Of a stretch of DNA of 64,000 nucleotides, positions 41,221-54,970 are shown one piece after another; the first letter of the stretch is position 1; each line of letters starts with the position of its first letter. A program made the position numbers and the translations under genes. Below the pieces are notes generated by a model that did no database searches, was not told the origin of the DNA, and saw only the letters and a list, made by a program, of their open reading frames with translations. The DNA comes from Octopus vulgaris. Taxonomy: Eukaryota. The stretch spans positions 175,460,001-175,524,000 of the forward strand of contig OX597814.1 of NCBI GenBank assembly GCA_951406725.2. Direction: 5' to 3'.

Positions 41221-44200
41221 TTATGGTCAGCATTCCACAAATGAAAGCTAAAAAATGTGGAGAAAATGCCGAGAGATGTGACTGTAATGTGGCTCTGACA
41301 GAAAGATACCAGAAACTAGAACTTAGTGTGAAATAGATCTGGAAATAATCACTAAAAGCGCATGGAGTAGAGTGAATGTTTGGTACGAAATACATGTATG
41401 CAAGTGTACTGCAACACTATCTGAGTTAAAGGGTTAAGTGCAATAAAAGTTATGTTCTCTGAAAACGAAAATAAAACGGTTAGTTAACTTCTGATGAAAT
41501 GCAATTGAATAATGGATAGGGAGTTGGTGGAAAAAGTTAATGAAACACCATCAAAATATATACCGCATGTAACTGCATAAAATCATCTTGCATTGAAAAG
41601 CCAGATGAGCATGTCAATCATGAAACGAAACCGGTTGTATATGAACCTGTAGAAATGAAGATAGTATAAAATTCAGTTGTATTGAAGCTGTAGTGCCTTT
41701 GCTCATAAATCTGCTTCATCAGCGTTGACCTGGAGTTAAACAAGTTCTTAGTTGTAATTGTTGTAATTTAAACGTAGCTCAACCGTGATCGGGCAGACTT
41801 TTGATCAAAAGCATTCTAGCCGTGGCCAACCTGTCTTTTCGATATTATTATTTACGTTATTTTTTTAAATATAAGTCGACAGAAAATGATTTGAGGGAGT
41901 TTTGGCGACTATTTGCTTTTTGGAGTCGATAAAATTTATTATCCGTCAAGTACTGAGCTTAGCTTAATCAAAAAAACCTTTTAACCTTCTCCCTTAAATT
42001 GCAGGCCTTGTGACTACGCTAGAAACAATTATAGGCAAGCTGCCGACAGAATCGGATAAATCTCTTGAATTAAAAACCTGGTTGGTACAACTTTACTTAA
42101 TTTACATCATTAATAGTTTTTTTTAAAGAGAAAAAACAAAGAAAATTCTCATTCTGTAGCTTCTAAAAATTTTAAGATTTATGAGTTGTGTAACTTCAAA
42201 AAATTTCAAAATTTATGAATAATCAGGGAACAATATAATTCATTAATTCATTTCGGTATTAATTTAAATAATCAGAATGACTCTTTAAATTATCAAAAAC
42301 AGGCAAATTCTGTAGGCTTGACAGAATCAATGGAGAATGAACGACACATTCTGATGAAGGGCGGTATTAATTTCACATATGGAAGTATGCTAGAGGACAT
42401 TTGTTTCTTAGAAACATCAATAACGGAAATCTTTTGTTGTCACTGCAAGAGTTGGATAGAAAAGACGTTAATTTACTGAATGTGCAGCGGAAGTAGTTCT
42501 AACAATTTAACATAATGTGTTGCTACAAAACAAACATGAAGAATAGACGAACATTTGGCAAACTACATCATTTTCGCTCCATTTTCTTTCACGAATTCTT
42601 TATCTCAGTTACTCGGGTTTATATCCACGGTTCCAGCCTTGTTAGAATGTATTGTTCAATTCTTCTGCATGAGAGCTGATTTCAAGTGATTATTTCGCAA
42701 ACCGTTTACATCTGTCTCACATGTTTTTCCATCAGTGAATCTATAAACATTTTGGACGTAGTATTTTTTACAAATATGCAATGAGTCTATAAACTTATTG
42801 TTATTGCTGAAGCTTAACCCCAGGTTAGCTCTGTCTGAGCTCACCTATAAACAAAAGTAACCAGCCATGATCACCCTGTTTTTTCCTATGGGTCAGAAAC
42901 TCCAAACCAGATCAGATAACTTGTCCTTCATTTTCTAAGATGTTTGGTCTGTGATTTGAGGTTTATTTACCCACCGTTTCTAGCCGACCAAGCGACTACA
43001 AAATGGTTCTCGTTGGTTTGTCTGTTCACTTATTGGAATCGATTGTTTTTATATTTTGAATTCTTTAAGACAACCTAATCATGCATTTAGGATGAATAAA
43101 AGGAGAGAAAAAACAAAAATGACAAAACTGTCAAAGTGTTTAATATACAATTCTCAAAATAATAGACCGTATCACTGAGGAGAATATGTTGATGTTAAAC
43201 CAGCTTGGTGTAAAATGTTTATTAAATAATCATTATATGGAAAGTGACAGATGCAAGACATTAATAGGAAATGATAGTGTTAACACGGCATAAAGTATCA
43301 TTGAACATGTCCTGCCTGGTGATGTCTGATTTCTTTCTTAAGTAAATAACAGGCTTTAAAATTTCGATTTCCACCCAGCACATTACTGATTGGTGAAAAA
43401 GAATGAAAAAATACCCTGTCATGTTTTGAATTCAGAAGCATGAAGTAACTGATTAGATACTGTTTATGGTATTCAACGATGTTTCATCTCATCACAATTT
43501 GCATGATTGTGACTCCTTTTGTTGATATAGCGTGATAGTTGTAAATGAGTGTCACGTAATGCAAGCGGTGTTGTTTCTAACGATTCAACAGTCTTCTGCC
43601 TTATCTCCAATTCAATGAAACTAGGTTTTTTCACGATAAGATTTCAACCAAATACGAGGAGGTTGAGATTGGTGCGAAGTTCCATTGAGAATTGTACATT
43701 GTGATTGATGGTATACTACTTTCCTATTACGCTTTCATGTAGTTGCGATAAAGTTTGTCTTTTTGAGAATAAGCAAAGAAAAATATGATTCACAATTGGC
43801 GTTTAACACACAGTGAGTGTGGTCGAGTGCGTCGTTCAAATCAAGTGTCTCCTGGAGAGGGACACCAGTGACAAAGTGAGTGAAAGGCATGACATGGGAC
43901 TATGCATCATCTGACTAAAATGCCGCCCTGAGGCCTTACCCTTGGATTTTAAGCTTCGTGTATTATCTAGTATCGATACAAACGTGGAACGGTAGTTGCT
44001 GTAGAATTTGTAGAATTTGGCAAAAAACGTTAGATTAAACACATTCACACACAAACATACATTATAAGGCAAGTATGTACCCAAATACATAAAAAAGTCT
44101 GTCTCTTTGTCTTCTTCGGTTTGAAAATCTTTATCCATTAGTACGAATATTAAAGAGTATTACCGAGGTTGTGTGTTTGGACGGACAGTGGTGCAAGTAT

Positions 44201-46229
44201 TTTGTTATATTAAAACCGGGTCCTAGCCTGGGTAATTGTAATAGTGTGAACTCTGTTAAAAGTGTCCGGAGGCTGCAAGGCAGTGCTAAACTGAACGGCG
44301 TGTTAAACTTTCCACCCAATATTAAATTGAATGAACTCAATATTAACTGGGAGGGACCTACCATCTAAATGTTATGCAAAAAGATCAGTTAAGGCTTACA
44401 AGATGTACCTGGCGGTGTGTTAAATCTAACACCAAAAGCAAATGCCTAATACATTCACAAACTTCTCTCAAAAATAGAACCTTTGTGCTTAATAAAAAAT
44501 AAATAATTTTGTTGTTATTAGAGTGCTAAAGCAACAATTTTGTTTTTAACTATATTGTATAAGACACAGTATGTGGCAAGAAATTATCTATTACCTCAGG
44601 TAAGCTAATTAAGGTTGCTGTGGAAACGAGGACAAAATACCAAGTCAACTAATTAGGAACATTCAATTAGAGTGAACTTTCTTAAAGTCGGAAAGAAGTA
44701 CAAACAAAACAAATATGCGAAAGATAAACAAAGCAGACAAAACTCACTTTTTCTCTTGTTCATAACAACTTACATTATTTTTAGCTAATTGGAAAAAAAA
44801 AAATAAAGTAAAAAAAATGTAGGTAATTTAAAAAAAAAATTCCAACTATGATTAATTTAAGAACAAACATAGCTACTGAAAATTTTCTGTTTCGATATCA
44901 TTTAAACTCTATCTAACCTTTAGGTCATTCAAATTACTCAGCAGTACATCTCTCACTCTGTCTCTCTCTCTCTCTCCCTACATATACATACATACATGTG
45001 TGTGTATGTGTGTGTGCGTGTATGTGTGTGTGTGTGTATGTGTGTGTGCGCGCTGCGTACTTTTCTAGGGAAATGTTGAAAAATAAATTAAGATTTGAAA
45101 ATGTGAAAATCCTTTTGTTTTATTAATTTGCTTAATTAATCACTTAGTTCGAAATCATTCTTGTGAAATTTGGATTCTTTTAACTTCGAATTTTAAAAGC
45201 AAAATTATTTATATCAAGAAACCTGTTTAACGCTTTGAAAAATTTATCACGCTAAGAGAATAGAAGAAGACAGGAGTCAAGGTCTAAAGTCAAAAGTTTC
45301 TATTCTGTCAGCGTCGCGAGACAGTTTATCATTTTTTATAAATAAATATCCTCATTAATTATCAAAACACATCTCTGTAAACGATAGAAAGGTTTTTCTG
45401 TATTGGTCCATAGAGAACGAAACTCTTATGGCTGCGTTAGAGATTTGAAGCTCAAGCTAATTTTAGGTCGATTTTGTTGGAGTCAATAAAACCATTTTAT
45501 TGCAAATATGTATTTGTATGTTATCTTCTATTTTTAACTATATTTATCTATTTTTAGTCATTCCAACAGCAGTTTGTTCATACTATCACGTGATGCATTC
45601 ACTGGATTGATACAATATTGACTTTCGGCGCAAATATCATTCACAATGTTAAGTGATCTAATACGTGAATATAACGCGCAATTGTTATTTACAATGTCTC
45701 TCTGCACGTTCACTAGAATAATACAGTTTAATTTTTGGCACAGTTATCATTCATACAGTCACTTAACCCTAAAATGTTGAATCATGGAAAATTAAACCAA
45801 AGTCTGACTTCGGGACCAACTTCAACTAATCAAACTATATTTTAAATTTTGGAAATTTGAACTGCAATCTCTCCCCAAAAATGTGCGAATTTCCAAACCC
45901 CGGTCATAATAGAGTCAAATACAGTGTAGCTTCAGGTTCAAGCAATTCTCACTATCTACGAAAATTATGAATTAATTAAATATAAACAAATCTTCTTAAA
46001 GGTGTACATTTTGTTGTAGTTATAAGTATTTAATAGTATTGCTCGAAGCTTCGTGGGCGCAGAACGTGCTTATATCATCACATGTGTATGTAAGCTGATA
46101 CACTCGTGTATATACGTATATACGTAAGCTTAAACACACATTCACACACAAACATACATTACAAGGCAAGTAAGTTCCCAAATACATGAAAAAGTATTTC
46201 TCTCTGTCTGTCTCTCTCCCCATACATAC

Positions 46230-46286
<57 letters not shown>

Positions 46287-46290
<4 letters not shown>

Positions 46291-46775
46291 CGTATATTTG
46301 CCATTTCAATATGGCTACCCCTAAGGGTGGATGCTACTGTAGTTTTTAGCCCCAGGAGGACACACTCCTCCAGCTGGCCATAGACACACTTTCTGTGTCC
46401 TGTCAGTATTTGCAAAGGGAAGTCATCCTTCCCGTCTTCAACTTATGATACACACGGACTCGAGTTTCGAGGTATTGACCTCTCGTCAGCGTGTGACAAT
46501 CATAGTTGTCGCCGAGAATTAGATTTCCTTCACAAATACTTATACCTTTTCCAGCGTCCACTGTCGCTGATATTGAAAAAGTGAAATCAAACAATGATAA
46601 ATATCAAAGTGAGTTATATAGAGTAGCGGTAACACATCGTGACGTATATTTGCCATTTCAATATGGCTACCCCTAAGGGTGGATGCTACTGTAGTTTTTA
46701 GCCCCAGGAGGACACACTCCTCCAGCTGGCCATAGACACACTTTCTGTCTCCTGTCAGTATTTGCAAAGGGAAGT

Positions 46776-46779
<4 letters not shown>
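46287..46779 (-). mobile_element. Retrozyme-like element: 1.4 copies of a 352-nt non-coding unit, inserted in (TA)n
   Basis: 46287-46427 and 46639-46779 are 141-bp direct repeats (one mismatch seen, period 352). The unique middle carries a hammerhead, and (TA)n lies on both sides. Confidence 0.88.
46451..46495 (-). ncRNA. Type I hammerhead ribozyme, intact core
   Basis: Minus strand: CACACG-CUGACGA-GAGGU CAAU ACCUC-GAAA-CUCGAG-UC-CGUGUG. Stem I has 6 bp, stem II has 5 bp, stem III is the palindromic ACUCGAGU, and the triplet is GUC. The predicted cut is between 46457 and 46456. Confidence 0.93.
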
Positions 46780-46846
<67 letters not shown>

Positions 46847-47168
46847 AGTGTGGTGATACAATGAGGAATGTAAAATCCAAACCATGAGAATATAAATATT
46901 TAATTACCAATCAACAGAAGTTACACAGTGATTCATGTGCCAAGAGTGCCACCACAGGAAACTTTTGATCCTCGAGTCACTTTGTAACTTTTGCTGATTA
47001 TTGTCACTACTCCGAAAGCAAGTATAGGTGCAGCACCAACAGTCGCCAGTCAGATTTCACCCCGCCATTATATACATATATATATATATATATATCTCGT
47101 GTTGTTGTGTTTTCTCTTTGTGTTTTCATGTTTGGATCAACTTTATATATATAAATACGTATATACTC

Positions 47169-47216
<48 letters not shown>

Positions 47217-47919
47217 TCATACACAAACACCCATATACGTGCCCACGCTCACACACATGCACACACATATATAGGACTAGAAACCATCTTATTCCTGAAT
47301 TCGCACTGTAAACTTAAGTAATTCACACAAAAATAAAAACTTAAGTATATTCCATACTATCGCAACAAGGATTAGATACACAAAAGTATTACTTTATATG
47401 ATAGAGATTAAAATTATTGTAAGATAATAAAAGGAATTATTGCATATTTTCGATTTATACAAAAATTAATAATATATATGCGTAAACACGTATATATATT
47501 TATATATATACTTTCTTGTGTATATGTATATTTGCTTTACTTTATATCTCTATATATCATAATATATACATGACAATCCTAACAAAACGTATAAATTGAA
47601 AATTGCTTAAAGTACGAGTTCTTAATTCACAGCGGTTTTATTCATGTAAATTGCATTAAGTTTACATATTATTAGTGCATACATAGATGAGGGTGTATTT
47701 ATATATCAATGTGCGTGTGTCTGTATGTACATAAAGATGTAAATTTTTATCAAAATTATTAAATATTGAATGAGAAAGAAAAGTATCAATAAGTAAACTG
47801 AAGTAGTGCGGCAAAGACAACGAGAAAATCTTATTAATTAGAATAGAGTGAAGAGTAATTAATGTTTGAAACGGAACAATATGAATATTGGATATCAAAA
47901 ATTGAAATGATTTCTCAAA

Positions 47920-48078
47920 TACATACATACATACATACATGCATACATACATGCATGCATACATACATACATACATACATACATACATACATACATACAT
48001 GCGTACATACATACATACATACATACATGCATACATACATACATACATACATACATACATACATACATACATACATAC
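47920..48078. repeat. (TACA)n microsatellite
   Basis: Direct reading. It explains the HTYI/MYVC pseudo-ORFs. Confidence 0.95.
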
Positions 48079-48708
48079 TTACTTACGTACATACACACAT
48101 GTATATAAATCAAATAAATACGTATAGAATAGAAATTACTAGACACAGGTATGTCAAAACAATATAGAATATGAGGTTGTAGAAAACTGAATTTGAATCA
48201 TGAGCCATACGACTGGATCAAAATCCTCGTATTAAGGTATGATAAGAGAAGAAAGTATTGGGCAATTGTTGTGTCGACGCCCCCAGACGATGAAGTAGAC
48301 TAGCCCAGTACGTAGATATAGAGGGAGAAGTCTAGACGTCGTAGAGTATCAGTCGTAGTAGAACTAGAACAGAGAACAGTTGAATAGCAGAGTAGCGGTG
48401 AGAGTAGAGTAGAGCAGAGTAGTAGAAGGCATCCGAACGTGCGACATAACTGCAATATGCAGATTTGAAGAAAAAAATCTAAGAAGCTAAAAATATAAGC
48501 ATGAATGCTAATTATGAAAATAACAAATAAATGTATTGGGTGCGATATAGGTTCTTCAAGTTTTTATGAATTGGATGATGGGTTTCGTTGGTGGAAGTGT
48601 TGGCAAAAAATAGAGTTAAGTTGATAGGCTAAAAATAAAATAGGGAAATTTAGTAATAAACAAAACTGTGAGAAATATGATGGTACTTAATTAGAAGGTA
48701 AATAATTT

Positions 48709-50164
48709 GGATCTTTTGCTTTTGATGGACGGAATTCAACACAATTTCTAGTTAACTAAACAATTTGAAACTCCGTATACTGGTAGAATGTGTCAAAAGA
48801 AAACATTATTTTCACTTGGCTTTTTTGAGAAAATTGTAATTTTAACCAATGAATTGCCAGCATTTGAGCTCAAATGATTTGCTGCGTTATCGATGTTGAT
48901 AAACAAACGAGGAGGCATGTGCTAGAAATAACAGCCATATCTCTTAAATATCAAAAGGAAAAGATCACACACGCATACAAACACTTGCATATACAAGCGC
49001 GCCTGCATATAGAAGTAAATATACATACACACGCACACATGCACACACAGACAAGTATACATATACATACACAAAGATACATGCTTATGCGCATATACGC
49101 ACGCCGCATACACACACACACACACACACATATATTCAGATACATACACGTGTACACTTGCCCACACACACACACACTCTCTGTCACACTCTCTCTCTCT
49201 CAAACACATGCATATACATTTGCACAAGCACATAGCAATTAATATATAAGCGTACACACACATACAAACGTACACACACATACAAACGGAGATATACATA
49301 CACACACATACGCACACAAGCATACATACACGTTCGTGAGTTCGCACTGGTGTCGATAGAATCGACTTAATACTTTTGTATCTCATGCTTTGTCTCCTCT
49401 GTGTTTTGCCCCTTGCCGGAACAAATTTACACAAAAGGTAAATAAACCAGAAATGGGAGGGGGGGAATCAATGTTTCATCGTTTCGGGGTCGATAAATTA
49501 AGTACCAATTACGCACTGGTGTCGAGGATTTTTTTCCCAATTTATATCACAGCCTCCGACAAGCTGAGGCATCTTTTATGAAAAAATATTTCGCAAATTT
49601 TTACAATACGACCCACACTCCACGCGCACCCTCATATCCCACTCTAGACCGATTTAGGCATATTATTGTTTTGTTTTTATTGTTTTTGGCCCTTCAAAAC
49701 CATGGTAGAAGTCTTTTCGGTAAAAAAAATAAAGAAAATATTCAAGAAATATCGTTAATATTTTTATTGGGCGACGAAATTCATCGATTTAAGAGATATG
49801 GCTGTTATTTCTAGCACATGCCTCCTCGTTTGTTTATCTATATCGATGAGCGAGACCGACAGAAGAGAGAAGGATGAATAACACGTGTGTCTGTGTGTGT
49901 GTGTGCGTGTGCGCGCTGTTTATGTTGTAACAGGATGTTGTCTGAGTTTTTAGACGCAGCAAATGATTTGAGATCAAATGCTGGCAATTCATTGGTTAAA
50001 ATTCGAAAAATTAAACTACGTTAAACTTACAAATTACAATTTTCTCAAAAAGGCCAAGTGAAAATAATGTTTTCTTTTGACACATTCTACCAGTATACGA
50101 AGTTTCAAATTGTTTAGTTAACTAGAAATTGTGTTGAATTCCGTCCATCAAAAGCAAAAGATCC
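48709..50164. mobile_element. Non-autonomous long-TIR DNA transposon with 8-bp TSD (Merlin- or Mutator-like)
   Basis: The TIRs start ggatcttttgcttttgatggacggaattc and match for about 240 bp, with extra segments in the right arm. The TSD aataattt is at 48701-48708 and 50165-50172. Confidence 0.9.
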
Positions 50165-50602
50165 AATAATTTAAGTAAATAAATGTACAGGTGTGTTGGT
50201 GTATCAAGCTAGTAAACAGCAAAAGTAAAAGAGACGACTATAGGGTAAACATACATATCATTTACAATTCGGATTATTAAAGGAGCTGAAAATACATATG
50301 GTTTAAAATGTGATAGCATGAAGTTATGCTCTTCGAACAGGTTTTAGTAAAAATATTTTCAAAGACAATTGTAGTGCCATTTTTAGCTTTGGTTGAATTT
50401 GCAGTGTGTAAACTATGTCCTTTGATGAGCAATTACAATTGAATTAGTCCCATTACAGTCAAAGAATGTGGTTGTAGGGAGGTTAATTTTAGCAAAATTA
50501 GAAGAAGCAATAGTTTATGCAGGGTTTAGTATAATATAGTATAATAGAATATGGAATATTGACGGTTATCATATTAAAAATAATATAATACCAATGTTGT
50601 GA

Positions 50603-50659
50603 TGGTAAATGCTCTTAAGCGTGGTAAATGCTCTTAAGCGTGGTAAATGCTCTTAAGCG
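50603..50659 (+). repeat. 19-bp tandem repeat x3
   Basis: (tggtaaatgctcttaagcg)3. Confidence 0.9.
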
Positions 50660-51744
50660 AGGTAAAATGTTTGGCCATGAGTGTTATTATAAATTATATA
50701 AGCATTTGAATGAACATTTGTATCTGTTTCTACGGTGGAATGTTCTGTTTGTTAGTTCAGTATAAAAAATTTTCTTTTGAAGACTACTACTATAAAATTG
50801 TTCGTTAGTAGAACGGTTTAATAATGTAATACATTTTAAACCAAATTATTAAAAATATTCCAAGGAAACTGCTTATATATATAACTACATATTTTGCTTG
50901 GCTGTTTGTAAAAGTTATATAAATTTGTGGTGAAATTGTGTACACCCAAGCATGTTTTTACGTAAATACGCTTCATCAGCTACGGACACCGACCCCGTCT
51001 TTCATAGTCCACTGAGAAATGTCGTTCTAATATTGAAACATCAAATAGCAAAGCTTTGTTAAGTAAGAATGAATTAATTAGAGAAACTCTAAACAGTTAT
51101 GTTTATAACATAGATGTGTACAATTTTATCTACCACGTTCGTGTATACTAGAAAACGGACAGATCTTCTCTACAGAAACTGTTTCGGTGCAGAAATTCTT
51201 ATAATGTATATTGCTGTCCAGTGTCATTCTGGTTAATTAATTCCAGTTTGATAAGGCTTTGCACACATCAGTAAATTTACTATTTGCTGTTTAACTATAA
51301 GAACAGCAGTACTTGGTGGGCTATAGTCGACGGGTCCGGTTTCTGTAGCTGATGAAAATTTATGGCGCAGAAACATGTGTGCTATAGACTGATTATCTCA
51401 TTGATAGCCGAGTGTTAAATATAATTATTTTCAGCTATATTGTAACTATCGCTGTTTCGTGTCCCTCTTATCAAAACAATGAATAGGATTAGTACTCGCG
51501 GTAATAATAGGCCATTAATTATTTCAAAGAAATCTTAATCTTTTTTCTGTGTTTGTCAGTAAGCTGAGGGCTGCTGTCATCACGGTAAAAATCGCTCCAA
51601 ATAGAAGTTTAATTTTTATATTGTAAAGTAAGAATAAACCTCTAAGACCACTAGCCCTCGCATTGTCGGCCCCATAATGAAATCAAGAGGTTTATTTCAG
51701 AGTATTATGTCCAACTGGACTGGTTGTAATTTGCCTCAGTTAAT

Positions 51745-51880
51745 ATTGATTTCAAGCTTTGGTACAAGGCCAGCAATTTCGGTGGAATTTGAATTCAGAA
51801 CGTGAAGACGGACGAAATGCTGCCTAGCATTTAAGCATTTCACCCGGCGTACTAACAATTCTGTCAGCTTGCCGCCTTTG
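51745..51880 (-). mobile_element. Internally deleted SINE family A copy
   Basis: The tail ttggtacaaggccagcaatttc is joined directly to ggtggaatttgaattcagaacg and the head gccgcct. Confidence 0.7.
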
Positions 51881-53707
51881 TCTCAGTCAGTATTAGTAAT
51901 AGATCTAACGAAATTTAGTATATTTATCAATAAAAACTTATTTGCTGAAGTACAATAGTTCTTGATGTCGAATTGCAAAAGTTCGATTTACTTAGAAGGG
52001 ATTGGAACCAAACCGTCACTGTGTTTGTTCCATAAAATTAAAGGAGAAACATTCTTAATTTTCAGCAGAATTTTGTCCAACGTATTCTTATTAATAATAC
52101 TAATGTCCTAGTTAGTGGGGTTTATAAGTCTTTGTTTGTGTATGTGTGTATGTATGTGTTGTGTGTGTGTGTATGTGTGTGTGTGCGTATATATACCCAC
52201 GCTGATGTGTGTGCGTGAGTAATGATTAAACAAGGGATTGCTATAAAAGTTTGGCGGATAGTCCTTGAGAGTAAAATACGGTTCTTTAGCTCCGAGAGCT
52301 TTCACTTCATACTATAGGTCCAAATCGGTGTTACTATTCAGGCTAAGGGTATTATTCACGTGCAGTATATTGTGCAACTAGTATAATTCTTAACAAAACA
52401 TAGATATCTGTTTTAATCCATTTCATATAAGTTCTCAGATTTGCCAGATTACAGGTATGTGTTCTGCGAGTTATGCATTTTCTTACATTTTCTATTCATT
52501 TCTCACCGGAAGGCCTAATTATTCTTCTTTAACTATATATTTTATATGAGTACGAAATGATCATCTTCAGAAGATTGTAGAAGTCTCCTAACTGGTAGGC
52601 CCTTGTTTGTATTAAAGTAACATTTAAAGTTATTTGTAGAGATCAAATCTTGTTTCATGATATATCAGTGTCGCTTGAATCGTTAGTGTCGGATGAAATA
52701 GTTAACGGTTCTTGCTCTTCATAGTCTTAGTTCAAATCACGCTAAAGTCTAGGATTGATACAATAAAGAATCAGCCAAGTACTTGGACATAATCGATTAT
52801 TTCTTCCGTTAGATTTAATAACTTATACCTATGTAAGAAATCACATATATGGATTGGTGGGATTGGTAGCACCTCAAACAAAATGCGTCGTGATAGTTGG
52901 TTATGCTTGATAAAATTTTGATTTGATGTCCCACCGAGGTCGATTTTACTTTCCACTGATAAAATAATGACACTGATTTAATCAACGCTCTCCTCAAGTT
53001 TGTGATCTTGTACTCATACAATATTCTGCAATAAGGGTGGTGAATTGACAAATTCACTAAAGTGTAAAACAAAAATGAGTTAAGGGGTTTAGTTACGTAT
53101 GGCCCTTTACGTTTGCCTTCAAATTCCTTAGAGGTTGTCTTTGACTGTCTTCCTTCAAGGGTACATGAAATTAATGTACCATTCAGGAATTAGGGTCGAT
53201 GTTAATCGGTTATACCTTCGTATATTGTGTCCATGTTATAAATCAAAATTTTGCAATATTGTCACAAAACTATGACGAACCTCGTATAGCAAGATGTAGC
53301 TTTATGGCAATTGGAGACCTCGGCCCAACTTTCAGTTCTTTGTTAAAACATTCACCTCATATACGTTACTAATATCACCACAAGGAAAAACATCAGCACC
53401 ATATTATTATAAGGTTTCTTATACTCCCCTTAAAACACATGGGGTTTGTGTAGAGTAAAAAGAATCCCAAAGTGCAAATCTCGTCTTGATTATCATCCAT
53501 GAATTGTTGATAAAAATAAGCAAATACCAACCATGTGTTGGTGGCGAGTCGAGCAAACATACCATTCCATTTCAAACGTACCACCTTGTGCTAAACGTGA
53601 GGAATCAATACTGTCGCAAATCTAAGCTAAATTTTATAGTAGACTTATCCTCGGTGTCGAACAATTGTTCAGTAAGATTACATTATTCATTTGGTAAGCA
53701 ACCAGTA

Positions 53708-53714
53708 CACACAC

Positions 53715-53809
<95 letters not shown>

Positions 53810-53849
53810 ACATACACGCACACATACACACACATGCATACAGATACAT

Positions 53850-53880
<31 letters not shown>

Positions 53881-54575
53881 CAGACACACAGATACACATA
53901 AACATATACATATACTCATATACACATATACTTATACACATATATACATATACATATAATACATATACACATACATATGCACATATACATATATACATAT
54001 ACATCTATAAATATACATTTATACATACACACATATATATATATATAGATATATACATATTCATATATATATATATGTATATATATATTTATGTATTTTT
54101 GTATTTTTGTCTGTCACAGTATGTATGGTTTTACGTATTCGTCTGATGCTTTTGGGGGCATTTATTATTTATGATTCTCACCTGAAAATTTTCTATAAAT
54201 GCCAGTCGAATCGATAGAAAAATAGGGGAGTCTTTCAGTGTGCCCAATAATAAAAAGCTGTCCCAACCATTCATATTTAAATCTAATCCCATCGTCTCAA
54301 GTTTTCCATTTGATAAATCGTATTAACTTCCATGAATCTTTTCAGAATAGCAATCGATAAATGCATCACGTCTTTTGATGATAGCATTGCATTTGGTGTT
54401 TGTCTAAATTTGTTCACGTAGTTTGGCAAAGCTGTACTTATTGTATACAAGTTAGTATTTTGACGCTAGAAATTATAGTGGAAACAATACTACATTCATT
54501 CTTTCATACATACATACATACATACATACATACATACATACATACATACATACATACATACATACATACATACAT

Positions 54576-54622
<47 letters not shown>

Positions 54623-54856
54623 GACACACACACACATATAGACACATGTATATATCTGTATATATATATATTTATATATATACATATACATACATAGACA
54701 TATATGCATATACATAAATAGATATGCATATATATACATATAATTATATATATACACACATACACATACATACATACATACATACATACATACATACATA
54801 CATACATACATGCATGCATAGATACATACATACACATATATACATACATACATACA

Positions 54857-54928
<72 letters not shown>

Positions 54929-54970
54929 TACATATATACATATATACACATATATACATATATACACTCA
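53708..54970. repeat. Compound (CA)n/(TA)n/(TACA)n microsatellite fields
   Basis: Direct reading of about 53708-54090 and 54505-54970. Confidence 0.9.
54170..54420 (+). mobile_element. Possible highly decayed Penelope-like RT fragment
   Basis: Short matches to Penelope RT N-terminal motifs in the expected order (GxPxRPII-like, then TSFD). Frameshifted. Confidence 0.3.

Noticed and set aside
46020-46767. Duplicated peptide MQILTG...ANIRH suggesting a tandem gene
   Set aside because: It arises from the 141-bp direct repeat of the ribozyme element, and one copy reads into (TA)n.
50603-50659. Short repeats as a possible CRISPR-like array
   Set aside because: The repeats are directly adjacent with no spacers, in a eukaryotic context.
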